In this document: one piece after another, positions 18,710 to 29,430 of the stretch | Numbering within the stretch: the first letter of the stretch is position 1 | Layout: each line of letters starts with the position of its first letter | The notes under the pieces: generated by a model | Told to the model about the DNA's origin: nothing | Databases searched by the model: none | What the model saw: the letters and a program-made list of their open reading frames with translations, nothing else | Position numbers and translations under genes: made by a program | NCBI GenBank assembly: GCA_039030215.1 | Contig: JBCCEP010000001.1 | Coordinates: 1 to 57,708, forward strand | Length of the DNA: 57,708 nucleotides | DNA from: Pseudomonadota bacterium | GTDB lineage: Bacteria; Pseudomonadota; Alphaproteobacteria; Rhizobiales; Rhizobiaceae | Direction: 5' to 3'

Positions 18710-21700
18710 GTGCTAAATCTTTCAGATCGCCGCGACCTGAAAACCAAGTTGTCCTTATCAAGGTTCGCTTTGCCCGGATTTGGTGCCTACGCTCGCCATG
18801 TCCGGATAGCAAGCGCGATCATGATTGTGTTGATGCTTGCAATTTTTATTGCAGGCAGCGGGCTCTATATTCTCATGCGCAGCGAAGCGATTGAGAATTC
18901 CGCCTTGAATGAACGCATCGAAGCGGGTATCCAAAATCTGATTGGCCCGCAATACAAGCTGGAACTAGGCAGAACAACAATCGGATTTGACCGGGATGGC
19001 TTGATGTCATTTTCGAGCAGCGGTGTACGCGTGGTCCGGTCATCCGACGGGCAACTGGCTTCACAACTAGGCCGTGTCATCATCGGTATAAAACCCTTGT
19101 CCTTGTTGATCGGTGACCTGCATGTCAACGCGGTGATAATCGAAGATTCCACGCTTGATCTTGCATTGCTCGACCTGCCGCCGTCGGAAAACCTACCGAC
19201 AGATGTTGACGGCGTGCTACAAGCAATGAAGTCGCATTTGGTAAATGCCGAAAAGCAGTTCCGAAATGCCGAATTCCGTTTGATTAAATTCAGGGACATC
19301 AGGATATCAGGCATCCCGCTCGGACGGCCATCAGATCGTGAGATTTTTGTTGATCGTTTTGATCTGCGCCGCAAGAATTCGAAAAGAATATTACTGGATG
19401 CCGAACTCCATACAGATCAGTCGCAAATACTGGCAAAGGGCAGCTATTTGGCCAGACGCGGCGAACCTGCAGCGCTTGACCTTTCGCTAAATGGCTTAAG
19501 CATGCGCGAATGGACAGGATTGCCAAATTCAGAGGAAGGTCAGCTTGGCTCGGATGCGTTGGTATCGGTCGAGGCAAAATTCCCGTATGAGGAGGACGTC
19601 TTCCAGCCAACAATCGACGTCAAATTTAGCCAGAGCGATCTGAGAGTAGGCAAGCGTGCGATAACCGATATCAAGCAGCTTGATCTTAAGTTCAGATTGT
19701 TGCCATCCAATAATCAGATCGAGCTCGACCCCTCGGTGTTTGTCGCTGGAGATTTCAATGCCATGGTAGTCGGTGGTTTACGGCCGGCCGAAGGCGCCAC
19801 CGGATACGACGAAGACCTGATATTTGAGTTGATCCTGGATCCCGCAAGCCGTTTGCCAACCATACAGGGCGAGGAGACTGTCAACGGCTCTTTCAAGATG
19901 AAGGGAATCTATCAACGGGCTGACGGCGTTATTGACATCAATGACATCCTGGTGCTGGCCGGTGAGGACAAGTTGGAAGGGGCTCTGAAATTCGGTTTGG
20001 CAAAGCCCACTCCATCGTTAAAGGCCAATTTCCGCTCAGCCGGCATAGATGGCGCAGCCATCAAGCAGTTATGGCCATTCTTCATTGGATCCCCAGCCAG
20101 GGCCTGGATACACAAACACGTTGTGGGTGGCCGCGTAACCGATATCGAATTGGTCGCCGATGTGCCGGAGGGCGTGATTGGACGGTTCCGCGAGGGCACC
20201 AAGATGAAAGCCGACGAGTTTGTGCTGACCGCAAATTTTCAAGGCGCCCAAACGGATACGTTTGGAGAACTCCCGCCGGTAAAAAATGGCGAAGGCACAA
20301 TCTCTCTGGAAGGCATGAAACTGGATGTGAATTTTGAAAGCGGTCATGCAGAAGTGCCCAACGGAGACCCAGTGGAACTGGTCCGGGGAAATTTCATCAT
20401 CAAGGACATAGGTGAAAGGCCAAACCCGGCAGAAGTCGCGGCCACACTCGCGGGCGATTCCAAATCTGTCAGCATTCTTTCCGACTTTCACCCGCTTAAT
20501 GTCTTTCGCGACATGTCGCTTGACCCCCTACAGGTCACCGGCAATGCGGATGTCGACGTCGTCGCGACTTTTCCCATCAAGAAGGGTTTGAAAAAGGAAG
20601 AAGTCGACTGGCATGCAATTGTGAATTTGGAGGACTCCGGCAGCAATGAACCCGTATTTGGCCGTGATATCAGCAATGCTGACTTGATGCTGGATGCCAC
20701 CGCGCAGTCGGTAAGGATACTCGGCAATGCGATAGTGGATGGCACCAAAACCAAGCTGGACATGACCGAACCGATTGGCGGTTCAGATGTAGTTTCTTCT
20801 AGAAATTTCTCGGCAGTTCTGGACAATGCCGCTCGCAAAAAGATGGGTCTCTCGCTTGGCTCGCTGGTCGACGGTCCGATTTCTGTCTCGGTAGAGCAAT
20901 TACCCGGCGGTATTCAGCGCCAGCGTGTCGATCTCGGCGAGGCAGTATTATCCCTGCCATGGATCGGTTGGCAAAAGGGCAAGTCGATTCCGGCAATTGC
21001 CACGTTTGATTTGCGGCAGCAGGATAACATCACCTGGCTTGATAATTTTTATGTGGAAGGCGATGGATTTTTGGCTGCTGGCGAAATGGCGTTCGACAAG
21101 ATCGGTATTTTGTCGGCAGATTTCGCCGACATCTCATTAAACGAGGGTGACAGCTTTTCTCTCAAGCTGAATCGCAAGAAAAACGTCTACAACATCACCT
21201 TCTCCGGAACGCGAATGGATGCACGCGGTCTGATCAACAAATTGTTCCATATCGGAGGATTTGGCGAGGATCAGGGCACGTCCAATGTCCGATTAAGCGG
21301 AAACCTTGGAACTGTACGGGGATTCAATGGCCGGGTCTTGAATAATGTTAAGATGTCTTACGGCACTTCCGACGGTTGGTTCGACAATCTCAGCCTTCGC
21401 GGCACCTTCACTGATTCAACCTATGTCAACGTATTTGCGACGACGACCGATGGAAAGACCACGTTCAATGTGGATTCGACCGACGCCGGTTCGGCACTCG
21501 CTTTTGTTGATGTGTACCGCAGAATGACCGGCGGCGACCTGCGCGCTTCGCTGTCCCGCGAAAGAGGCGGTGCATTTATCGGACCGGTTCGAGCCACCAA
21601 CTTTTTGGTGACAGATGAGCCCCGCCTGCAAAGTATTGTCGGTGATCCGGTCAAGTTGGCCGAGCAGCGCGAGCGTGGTTACCAGGCACTCCAGGACAAA

Positions 21701-22075
21701 TTGTCAACGGTCGAGACCAAGCGTGTCCGGTTCCTGGAAGCCAAGGCACAAATCGAAAAGAGTGACGGTTTCTTGTCGCTTGAGGAAGGTGTGCTAACCG
21801 GTGCACAGTTTGGTTTCACTTTTGACGGTATCCTCTTTGATCCTGAAAACCGAATGGACCTCAAGGGCACATTCCTGCCGGCACTGGCGATAAGCAGGGC
21901 GATCGGCTTAATTCCGATTGTCGGTAACATTCTCGGTAATGGCCGGGATACCGGGTTGATTGGCATTACCTTCAGAATGAGTGGCCCATCCCGCAATCCG
22001 AAACTGGAAATCAATCCAATTTCGGTCGTTGCCCCCGGCGTCTTTAGAAAGGTCTTCGAATTCCGGGATCAGTGA
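18710..22075 (+). CDS. Large AsmA/YhdP-like (DUF3971-type) envelope protein with an N-terminal membrane anchor
   Basis: 1121 aa with an N-terminal TM (IMIVLMLAIFIAGSGLYILM) and a long beta-rich body. The C-terminal GITFRMSGPSRNPKLEINPISVVAPGVFRKVFEF is typical of the AsmA-like C-terminus. The start codon is uncertain (GTG 18710 or ATG 18821). Confidence 0.7.
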   Translation: MLNLSDRRDLKTKLSLSRFALPGFGAYARHVRIASAIMIVLMLAIFIAGSGLYILMRSEAIENSALNERIEAGIQNLIGPQYKLELGRTTIGFDRDGLMSFSSSGVRVVRSSDGQLASQLGRVIIGIKPLSLLIGDLHVNAVIIEDSTLDLALLDLPPSENLPTDVDGVLQAMKSHLVNAEKQFRNAEFRLIKFRDIRISGIPLGRPSDREIFVDRFDLRRKNSKRILLDAELHTDQSQILAKGSYLARRGEPAALDLSLNGLSMREWTGLPNSEEGQLGSDALVSVEAKFPYEEDVFQPTIDVKFSQSDLRVGKRAITDIKQLDLKFRLLPSNNQIELDPSVFVAGDFNAMVVGGLRPAEGATGYDEDLIFELILDPASRLPTIQGEETVNGSFKMKGIYQRADGVIDINDILVLAGEDKLEGALKFGLAKPTPSLKANFRSAGIDGAAIKQLWPFFIGSPARAWIHKHVVGGRVTDIELVADVPEGVIGRFREGTKMKADEFVLTANFQGAQTDTFGELPPVKNGEGTISLEGMKLDVNFESGHAEVPNGDPVELVRGNFIIKDIGERPNPAEVAATLAGDSKSVSILSDFHPLNVFRDMSLDPLQVTGNADVDVVATFPIKKGLKKEEVDWHAIVNLEDSGSNEPVFGRDISNADLMLDATAQSVRILGNAIVDGTKTKLDMTEPIGGSDVVSSRNFSAVLDNAARKKMGLSLGSLVDGPISVSVEQLPGGIQRQRVDLGEAVLSLPWIGWQKGKSIPAIATFDLRQQDNITWLDNFYVEGDGFLAAGEMAFDKIGILSADFADISLNEGDSFSLKLNRKKNVYNITFSGTRMDARGLINKLFHIGGFGEDQGTSNVRLSGNLGTVRGFNGRVLNNVKMSYGTSDGWFDNLSLRGTFTDSTYVNVFATTTDGKTTFNVDSTDAGSALAFVDVYRRMTGGDLRASLSRERGGAFIGPVRATNFLVTDEPRLQSIVGDPVKLAEQRERGYQALQDKLSTVETKRVRFLEAKAQIEKSDGFLSLEEGVLTGAQFGFTFDGILFDPENRMDLKGTFLPALAISRAIGLIPIVGNILGNGRDTGLIGITFRMSGPSRNPKLEINPISVVAPGVFRKVFEFRDQ

Positions 22076-22131
22076 CCCGTTTGCCTGTCCACTGGCATTA
22101 GATTCTACGACTTATTACAAGAACATGATCA

Positions 22132-23385
22132 TCAGACAGGTCTGATCAGCATGTGCTTCTTCTTGCCGAAAGAAAGCTTGATGGCGCCGTCATCATTGAG
22201 GTTCGCCGCATCAACCTGCATCCGCTCATCCGTGATCAGTTCGTCATTGATCCGCAAGGCCGAACCCTTGATATGCCGGCGGGCCTCTCCATTGGAATTT
22301 GCAAATCCCGCTTGAACGGCAAGATTCAGTACACCGATGCCAGCCTCGAGCGCCTGCCTGTCTATTTCAATCGATGGCAGATCCTGTGCCGCCAACCCCT
22401 CTTCAAATGCCTGGCGTGATGTTTCGGCAGCAGCATTTGCTGCTTCACGTCCATGAAGAAGCGCCGTGATCTCGGTAGCAAGTATCTTCTTTGCTTCGTT
22501 GATTTCTGCCCCGCCAAGAGCTTCAAGACGCGCCACTTCATCGAGCGGCATGGCCGTGTATAGCTTCAGGAAACGACCGACATCGTCGTCTTCGGTATTG
22601 CGCCAATACTGCCAGAACTCGTAAGGGCTCAGCATATCCGCGCTCAGCCAGATCGCCCCGCTTTCGGATTTTCCCATTTTCGCGCCAGACGCGGTCGTCA
22701 AGAGCGGCGAGGTCAGCGCATATAATTGAGGCGTTCCAAGCTTGTGACCGAGGTCAATACCGTTGACGATATTGCCCCATTGATCAGAACCGCCCATTTG
22801 CAGCTTGCAGCCATGCAGGCGGCTGAGCTCAACAAAGTCGTAGCCCTGTAAGATCATGTAGTTGAATTCCAGAAACGACAGCGATTGTTCCCGGTCAAGC
22901 CGCAATTTCACCGAATCGAAGGACAGCATGCGATTGACGGAAAAGAACCTGCCGACATCGCGCAGGAACTCCACATAGTTCAGAGACATCAACCAATCGG
23001 CATTGTTGATCATCAACGCATCACTGGGACCTTCACCAAATTTCAGGTATGAGCTGAAATTCTCCTTGATACCCTTCAGATTGTCATCGATGTCGTCGGG
23101 TGTCAGCAACTTGCGGGCTTCGTCCTTGAAAGAAGGGTCCCCGATCATGGAAGTTCCACCGCCCATCAAGGCAATCGGTCGATGACCGGTTTTCTGCATC
23201 CAGTACAGCATCATGATCTGGATCAGCGATCCGGCATGCAGACTTTTTGCGGTCGCATCAAATCCGATATAGCCGGTAACCGTTTCCTCACGAAACAGCT
23301 TGTCCAGCCCCGTTTCATCTGAGATTTGATAGATGAAGCCACGTTCGCTGAGAATTTGTAGAAAATCGGATTTGAAGCCGGACAT
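22132..23385 (-). CDS. tyrS: Tyrosine--tRNA ligase
   Basis: Contains [16 protein letters not shown] (HIGH-like), KMGKS and a C-terminal S4 domain. The start was chosen at MSGFKSDFL. Confidence 0.95.
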   Translation of the reverse strand: MSGFKSDFLQILSERGFIYQISDETGLDKLFREETVTGYIGFDATAKSLHAGSLIQIMMLYWMQKTGHRPIALMGGGTSMIGDPSFKDEARKLLTPDDIDDNLKGIKENFSSYLKFGEGPSDALMINNADWLMSLNYVEFLRDVGRFFSVNRMLSFDSVKLRLDREQSLSFLEFNYMILQGYDFVELSRLHGCKLQMGGSDQWGNIVNGIDLGHKLGTPQLYALTSPLLTTASGAKMGKSESGAIWLSADMLSPYEFWQYWRNTEDDDVGRFLKLYTAMPLDEVARLEALGGAEINEAKKILATEITALLHGREAANAAAETSRQAFEEGLAAQDLPSIEIDRQALEAGIGVLNLAVQAGFANSNGEARRHIKGSALRINDELITDERMQVDAANLNDDGAIKLSFGKKKHMLIRPV

Positions 23386-23494
23386 GATTATGCATTCCAT
23401 ATATGGTTGATTGGCAGAGTGGTCTGCCTACACTGGCGCCTGCCACTATCAGGTTTTCGAAAGAATTTCATCGTCCCGCGATACAAAATATCCA

Positions 23495-24673
23495 ATGAAC
23501 GCAAAAAAATCCAAAAAACCGCTTTTCTCCGCGCTTGGTATGATGAGTGGCACGTCTATGGACGGCATTGATGTTGCGCTGGTGGAAACAGATGGCGAGC
23601 ATATCGTCAATCGTGGACGATCTACTTCATACGCCTATTCACCTCTTTTTAGGAAGTCGCTGGCGGCTGGTCTCGAAACCGCTGCAAGCCTGACTTCACG
23701 TGACGAACTTCCGCAATCGCTGCAAACACTGGAACAGGAACTGACCGAACTTCACGTAGAAGCGGTCGAAAAATTTCTCACCGATACCGGGATGGATCGC
23801 GGTTCAATAGATCTCATCGGTTTCCACGGACAAACGGTTTTGCACAGACCGGATGACGCGCTCACGGTTCAGTTGGGCGATGGTCAGGCACTCGCCGACA
23901 AGATTGCAATTCCGGTCATCTATGACATGCGCTCGCATGACATGACCAAAGGCGGGCAGGGGGCGCCGTTGGTGCCGGCCTATCACAAGGCTCTTGCCGC
24001 GAATTTGCCCGATGAACTTTCTGGCAGGTTGCCTGTTGCATTCGTGAATATTGGCGGTATTGGCAATATCAGCTGGATTGGCGCCGACGGTACGCTCCTG
24101 GCTTTTGACACCGGGCCCGGAAATGCTCTGATCGATCAATGGGTGACCGCAAATGCAGGAATTCCATTCGATCAAGGTGGCGCGATTGCCTCGGAAGGGT
24201 TTGTGGATCAGACGATTGCCACCCGATACCTGAAGTCCGACTATTTCGAACAGGCCGGTCCAAAGTCGCTGGATCGATTTGATTTCAAGCCGCTTGAGCC
24301 AGGTGTCTTGACCCTGGAGGATGGTGCGCGCACACTTGCTTACGTAACCGCGGCCTCCATCATCAAGGCCTGTGATCATTTGCCAGAGCCGCCAGCACTT
24401 TGGATCATCTCCGGCGGTGGCGCCCACAATTTGACGATACTGCAGGACATGCGTGATTTGCTGGCAGACAGCGACGCGCAGGCAGATCGAAACGCCACAG
24501 TTGTGTCCGCACAAGAAGCGGGCTTTGACGGCGATGCAATGGAAGCTGAAGCCTGGGCATATCTCGCCGTGCGTTGCTTCCGTGGATTGACCATAACCTG
24601 GCCCGGAACCACCGGCGTGTCAGAACCATCCAGCGGGGGCGTTCTCGCCAGGCCAACAAAAATGAAGGTTTAA
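23495..24673 (+). CDS. anmK: Anhydro-N-acetylmuramic acid kinase
   Basis: Contains GMMSGTSMDGIDVAL and FDTGPGNALID motifs. It is divergent from tyrS, as in many alphaproteobacteria. Confidence 0.92.
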   Translation: MNAKKSKKPLFSALGMMSGTSMDGIDVALVETDGEHIVNRGRSTSYAYSPLFRKSLAAGLETAASLTSRDELPQSLQTLEQELTELHVEAVEKFLTDTGMDRGSIDLIGFHGQTVLHRPDDALTVQLGDGQALADKIAIPVIYDMRSHDMTKGGQGAPLVPAYHKALAANLPDELSGRLPVAFVNIGGIGNISWIGADGTLLAFDTGPGNALIDQWVTANAGIPFDQGGAIASEGFVDQTIATRYLKSDYFEQAGPKSLDRFDFKPLEPGVLTLEDGARTLAYVTAASIIKACDHLPEPPALWIISGGGAHNLTILQDMRDLLADSDAQADRNATVVSAQEAGFDGDAMEAEAWAYLAVRCFRGLTITWPGTTGVSEPSSGGVLARPTKMKV

Positions 24674-24675
24674 AA

Positions 24676-25662
24676 ATGAAATCTGTTCAACTCGGAAAAT
24701 CCGGCCTGATGGTCTCGAAGCTCTGCCTGGGCTGCATGAGTTTTGGTGTTCCCGGTCGTGAGCCGCATCCCTGGGTGATTACCGAGGAAGCCGCTCAGGA
24801 TGTTTTCAAGGTAGCTACAGACGCAGGAATCTATTTCTGGGATACCGCCAACATGTATGGTGCGGGTGCCTCGGAGGAGATCACAGGGCGGGCAATAAAA
24901 CGCTATTTCCCGTCCCGCTCGGATGTTGTTCTTGCGACCAAGATGGCGAACCCGATGAAAAAGGGTCCCAACGACAGCGGGATCTCCCGAAAGCACATTA
25001 TTGAAGCCTGCGACGGATCATTGCAGCGGCTTGGCCTCGATTACATCGATCTCTACTATGTGCATCGGCTTGTCGGCGCTGCTCCATTTGAAGAAGCCTG
25101 CGCAGGCCTGGACCATTTGCTGCGGCAGGGGAAAGTTTTGTATCTGGGCGCTTCGTCAATGTGGGCCTGGCAATTTGCAAAACTGCGGGCAATCCAGCAA
25201 GAAATCGGAAGCCAGCCCTTTGTCGCCATGCAGAATTTCTACAATCTCGTCTATCGCGAGGAAGAGCGTGAGATGATCCCCTATTGCGAGTCCGAGGGCG
25301 TTGCAATCGTTCCCTGGTCGCCGATCGCGCGCGGATTTCTTGCAGGCAACCGGCCCAAACAGGGCGAGCTGACCGAACGGGCCCGTATCGATAAAATGCA
25401 TCAGGGCTATTTCGGATCAAAACAGGATTATGAGATTTTACGCAGGGTTGAGAAGGTGGCCGCTGATACCGGCAACAAACCAGCGCAGATTGCTTATGCC
25501 TGGGTCTTGTCGAAACCGTTCATTACTGCACCGATTGTCGGCGTGACAAAACCCTGGCAATTGGAAGAGGCTATCGCAGCAGTGGACATTGAGCTGACGA
25601 AATCGCAGATCAGCTATCTGGAAAAGCCCTACAAGCCGATTGCGGTACAGGGACATAGCTGA
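24676..25662 (+). CDS. Aldo/keto reductase family oxidoreductase
   Basis: Starts MKSVQLGKSGLMVSKLCLGCMSFG. Also has DTANMYG and YLGASSMWAWQF motifs. Confidence 0.9.
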   Translation: MKSVQLGKSGLMVSKLCLGCMSFGVPGREPHPWVITEEAAQDVFKVATDAGIYFWDTANMYGAGASEEITGRAIKRYFPSRSDVVLATKMANPMKKGPNDSGISRKHIIEACDGSLQRLGLDYIDLYYVHRLVGAAPFEEACAGLDHLLRQGKVLYLGASSMWAWQFAKLRAIQQEIGSQPFVAMQNFYNLVYREEEREMIPYCESEGVAIVPWSPIARGFLAGNRPKQGELTERARIDKMHQGYFGSKQDYEILRRVEKVAADTGNKPAQIAYAWVLSKPFITAPIVGVTKPWQLEEAIAAVDIELTKSQISYLEKPYKPIAVQGHS

Positions 25663-25718
25663 ACACGTTCGCTCATCGCGAAATCAGCGTGAACAAAAAC
25701 CAAGTGCCGTTAGCGGAA

Positions 25719-26402
25719 TTACCGCAACAGCATGGTCTCTTCCTGCCCGCCTTCGATCAGGCCCATGCGCTTGTCGAGATAAATTCCGCATTCCTCGACA
25801 AGCTCTTCCTCTCGGTCGGTAAAGAAATGATTCGCGCCTTCCATGACGCTGTGCGTGATCATGATACCTTTTTGTGCCTGAAGTTTCTCTACCAGGCCTA
25901 TGACATCGTCAGGTGGCGCGACCCGGTCTTCGCTTCCATTTATGATCAGGCCCGACGACGGGCAGGGCGCAAGAAACGCGAAATCATAGATATTGGGCTG
26001 GGGCGCAATCGACATGAAACCCTCGATTTCCGGGCGCCGCATCAGCAATTGCATACCGATCCAGGAACCAAACGAAAATCCGCCAATCCAGCAACCGCGC
26101 GAATCAGGATGCAGATTCTGGACCCAATCAAGCGCAGCGGCGGCATCGGATAATTCGCCCATGCCATGGTCAAATTCGCCCTGGCTGCGGCCAACGCCAC
26201 GAAAATTGAACCGTAAAGTCGTAAATCCGCGTCCGACAAACATGTAGAAGAGATCATAGACGATCTTGTTATTCATCGTTCCGCCGAATTTGGGGTGCGG
26301 ATGCGGGTGCAGGACCATCGCAATCGGCGCGTTCTTGTCCTTTGACGGCTGATATCGACCCTCAAGCCGCCCGGCGGGACCGGTAAAAATCACCTCTGGC
26401 AT
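25719..26402 (-). CDS. Alpha/beta hydrolase (COG2945-like)
   Basis: 227 aa. Contains VLHPHPHPKFGGTMNNKIV and GFSFGSW, a nucleophile-elbow GxSxG. Confidence 0.8.
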   Translation of the reverse strand: MPEVIFTGPAGRLEGRYQPSKDKNAPIAMVLHPHPHPKFGGTMNNKIVYDLFYMFVGRGFTTLRFNFRGVGRSQGEFDHGMGELSDAAAALDWVQNLHPDSRGCWIGGFSFGSWIGMQLLMRRPEIEGFMSIAPQPNIYDFAFLAPCPSSGLIINGSEDRVAPPDDVIGLVEKLQAQKGIMITHSVMEGANHFFTDREEELVEECGIYLDKRMGLIEGGQEETMLLR

Positions 26403-26487
26403 GTTATTTCCTTATTGGGTGCTGCAATTTTGGGCGCAACAGCGTGGTTGATCTTGACCCGGTGGCTCGCGATCCTTACTAATCCAA

Positions 26488-26504
26488 TTTAGAATTATTC
26501 AAAA
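26488..26504. promoter_or_regulatory. Putative Irr-binding iron control element (ICE)
   Basis: TTTAGAATTATTCAAAA matches the ICE consensus TTTAGAA-N3-TTCTAAA at 13 of 14 defined positions. It lies about 150 nt upstream of the first gene of the suf cluster. Confidence 0.5.
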
Positions 26505-26654
26505 CTGGAAGAATGCGATCGGCACCAGACGCTGGTTGCCGCGGTAAGGGGCCTTCTTAAACAATTGCGCTCGTAAATTTCAAGGAAATTGCGCAACTTA
26601 CCGAAAACAATGTAAAATAACGTCACTGCTGAAGCCGATCAAAACGCGTATAAA

Positions 26655-27854
26655 ATGACAATAGCGCACAACAGAATATATCTGGATTACAATGCCGGTG
26701 CTCCCGTTCACCCGGCAGTATCCATGGCTGTTTGCGCGGTTATGGAAGAATTCGGAAATCCGTCATCCGTCCATGCAGAGGGACGGGGCATGCGCAAATG
26801 CATCGAAAATGCACGCGCGATACTGGCCGAAAGCATCCAGTGTTCGCCCGGAAATATCATATTTACATCAAGCGCGACTGAAGCGGCCAACCACGCATTG
26901 AGCCCCGTTATTCGGGTATCGGGTCGCGAATCTCGGATTTCCAGGCTGTATGTGTCAGCCGTCGAACACCCCTGCATATTGTCGGGAGGACGGTTCTCTC
27001 CCGATGACATCGAGACAATTCCCGTACTCGAAACCGGTATCGTTGACTTGGCTCGGCTTGAGGAAGCCCTGTCACGACACGATGCAGACATCGGTGCCCC
27101 AATGGTAGCGGTCATGCTTGCCAACAATGAAACCGGGGTCATCCAACCGATAAGTGAAATTCGGGAGGTTGTTCGCCGTCATGATGGCTATCTTGTTTTG
27201 GACGCCGTGCAGGGATTGGGCAAAATCGGTACCTCGATGGGTGAGCTTGGAGCGGATTTCGTATTGCTGTCCGCACACAAGATTGGCGGTCCTCAGGGCG
27301 CTGGCGCATTGGTACTCGGTTCCGATTCGATTGTGCCTGCACCATTGCTTCGCGGTGGAGGCCAGGAAAGCTTTAATCGCGCCGGCACGGAAAATGTTGC
27401 CGCAATAACCGGTTTTGGGGTTGCCGTGGAACAATTACCCAATGCAGAATCAATTGGAAAAATTTCTGCAATTAAGGACTCCATTGAAGACGGTTTACGC
27501 ACTATATCCAATGCGAAGGGCGAATTAGCAGAAAAACCGGTGTTTTTCGGTCAAGATGTAGACCGGCTTCCAAACACCACATGTTTCGCCGTTCCCGGAA
27601 TAAAGGCAGAAACGGCCTTGATCTCCCTTGATCTGGCCGGTATCGCAGCCTCATCCGGCTCGGCCTGTTCGTCCGGCAAGGTACGGAAATCCCATGTCCT
27701 TGCGGCAATGGGCGTATCCGGTGAACTTGCAAGCTGTGCATTGCGTATTAGTTTGGGACCGGAGAGTAAAATGGAAGAAGCTGCGCGTTTTCTGGACGCG
27801 TGGAAAGACATAGTCAGACTTTGCAGTCGCGAAGAAATTCCGATGGCCGTCTGA
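26655..27854 (+). CDS. Cysteine desulfurase, NifS/IscS-like class V aminotransferase
   Basis: 399 aa. Contains NPSSVH, the SAHKIGGPQG PLP-lysine motif and an SSGSACSSG active-site Cys loop. Confidence 0.9.
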   Translation: MTIAHNRIYLDYNAGAPVHPAVSMAVCAVMEEFGNPSSVHAEGRGMRKCIENARAILAESIQCSPGNIIFTSSATEAANHALSPVIRVSGRESRISRLYVSAVEHPCILSGGRFSPDDIETIPVLETGIVDLARLEEALSRHDADIGAPMVAVMLANNETGVIQPISEIREVVRRHDGYLVLDAVQGLGKIGTSMGELGADFVLLSAHKIGGPQGAGALVLGSDSIVPAPLLRGGGQESFNRAGTENVAAITGFGVAVEQLPNAESIGKISAIKDSIEDGLRTISNAKGELAEKPVFFGQDVDRLPNTTCFAVPGIKAETALISLDLAGIAASSGSACSSGKVRKSHVLAAMGVSGELASCALRISLGPESKMEEAARFLDAWKDIVRLCSREEIPMAV

Positions 27855-27903
27855 GTGTAAGCCAACTAGCGGACCTTGAATCCGCCAAGGATGGAGAAGC
27901 ACA

Positions 27904-29430
27904 ATGCCTGCAGTGCAGGAAACCATAGATGCCGTGCGCTCGATTGACGTCGACAAGTACAAATACGGTTTTTCATCAGACATCGAATCCGATAAAGCGC
28001 CTATTGGCCTTTCGGAAGATACGATCAAGTTCATCTCGGCCAAGAAGGAAGAGCCGGAATGGATGCTGAATTGGCGGCTTGAAGCCTATCGCCGCTGGCT
28101 GACAATGGATGAGCCAACCTGGGCGCGGGTGGAATACCCAAAGATCGATTTTCAGAGCATCTATTATTACGCAGCTCCGAAAAACTTCGCCGATGGACCA
28201 AAGTCGCTTGATGAAGTCGATCCGGAATTGTTGAGAACCTATGAGAAGCTCGGCATTCCACTAAAGGAACAGGAAGTCCTGGCCGGCGTCCGCAGGGCGG
28301 ATGAACCTTCGCAGATTGATGAAGACGGGCCGGATAATGTCTATGCATCCGGCCGCGTGGCGGTCGACGCGGTGTTCGATTCAGTTTCGGTCGTTACCAC
28401 CTTCAAGGAAGAATTGGCAAAAGCCGGTGTCATCTTCTGCTCCATCTCCGAGGCAATTCAGGAACATCCCGAGCTGGTGCAGAAGTATTTGGCAACGGTG
28501 GTGCCGACATCCGACAATTTCTACGCAACGCTGAATAGCGCCGTGTTCACTGACGGTTCGTTCGTCTACGTTCCCGAAGGTGTGCGCTGTCCAATGGAAT
28601 TGTCGACCTATTTCCGGATCAATGAACAGAATACCGGTCAGTTCGAGCGCACCCTGATCATCGCGGAGAAAGGTTCGTATGTATCCTATCTCGAAGGTTG
28701 CACCGCTCCCCAACGCGATGAAAACCAGCTTCATGCGGCTGTGGTTGAACTGATCGCGATGGAAGACGCTGAAATCAAATATTCCACCGTGCAGAACTGG
28801 TATCCGGGCGATGCCGACGGCAAGGGCGGTATCTATAACTTCGTCACCAAGCGCGGTGATTGCCGCGGTGACAACTCCAAGATTTCCTGGACACAGGTCG
28901 AAACCGGTTCCGCCATCACCTGGAAATATCCCTCCTGCATCCTGCGGGGTGATAATTCTCGCGGTGAATTCTACTCGATTGCGGTCTCAAACGGTGCTCA
29001 GCAGATTGATTCCGGCACCAAGATGCTGCATCTGGGCAAGAACACGTCCAGCCGCATCATCTCGAAGGGGATCTCCGCGGGCAAATCCAACAATACCTAT
29101 CGCGGGCAGGTTTCAGCCCACCGCAAGGCGGCCAATGCGCGAAACTTCACCCAGTGTGACTCGCTGCTGATCGGCAACAATTGCGGTGCTCATACCGTGC
29201 CCTATATCGAGGCGAAGAACTCGACCGCGCAGTTCGAGCACGAGGCAACGACCTCGAAGATTTCCGATGATCAGCTCTTCTACTGCCTGCAACGCGGCAT
29301 TCCGGAGGAAGAAGCAATCGCGCTGATCGTCAACGGATTCGTCAAGGAAGTCATTCAGGAACTGCCGATGGAATTCGCCGTCGAAGCGCAGAAACTGATC
29401 GGCATCTCGCTTGAGGGGAGCGTGGGGTGA
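27904..29430 (+). CDS. sufB: Fe-S cluster assembly scaffold protein SufB
   Basis: 508 aa with strong SufB motifs ([25 protein letters not shown]). Confidence 0.97.
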   Translation: MPAVQETIDAVRSIDVDKYKYGFSSDIESDKAPIGLSEDTIKFISAKKEEPEWMLNWRLEAYRRWLTMDEPTWARVEYPKIDFQSIYYYAAPKNFADGPKSLDEVDPELLRTYEKLGIPLKEQEVLAGVRRADEPSQIDEDGPDNVYASGRVAVDAVFDSVSVVTTFKEELAKAGVIFCSISEAIQEHPELVQKYLATVVPTSDNFYATLNSAVFTDGSFVYVPEGVRCPMELSTYFRINEQNTGQFERTLIIAEKGSYVSYLEGCTAPQRDENQLHAAVVELIAMEDAEIKYSTVQNWYPGDADGKGGIYNFVTKRGDCRGDNSKISWTQVETGSAITWKYPSCILRGDNSRGEFYSIAVSNGAQQIDSGTKMLHLGKNTSSRIISKGISAGKSNNTYRGQVSAHRKAANARNFTQCDSLLIGNNCGAHTVPYIEAKNSTAQFEHEATTSKISDDQLFYCLQRGIPEEEAIALIVNGFVKEVIQELPMEFAVEAQKLIGISLEGSVG

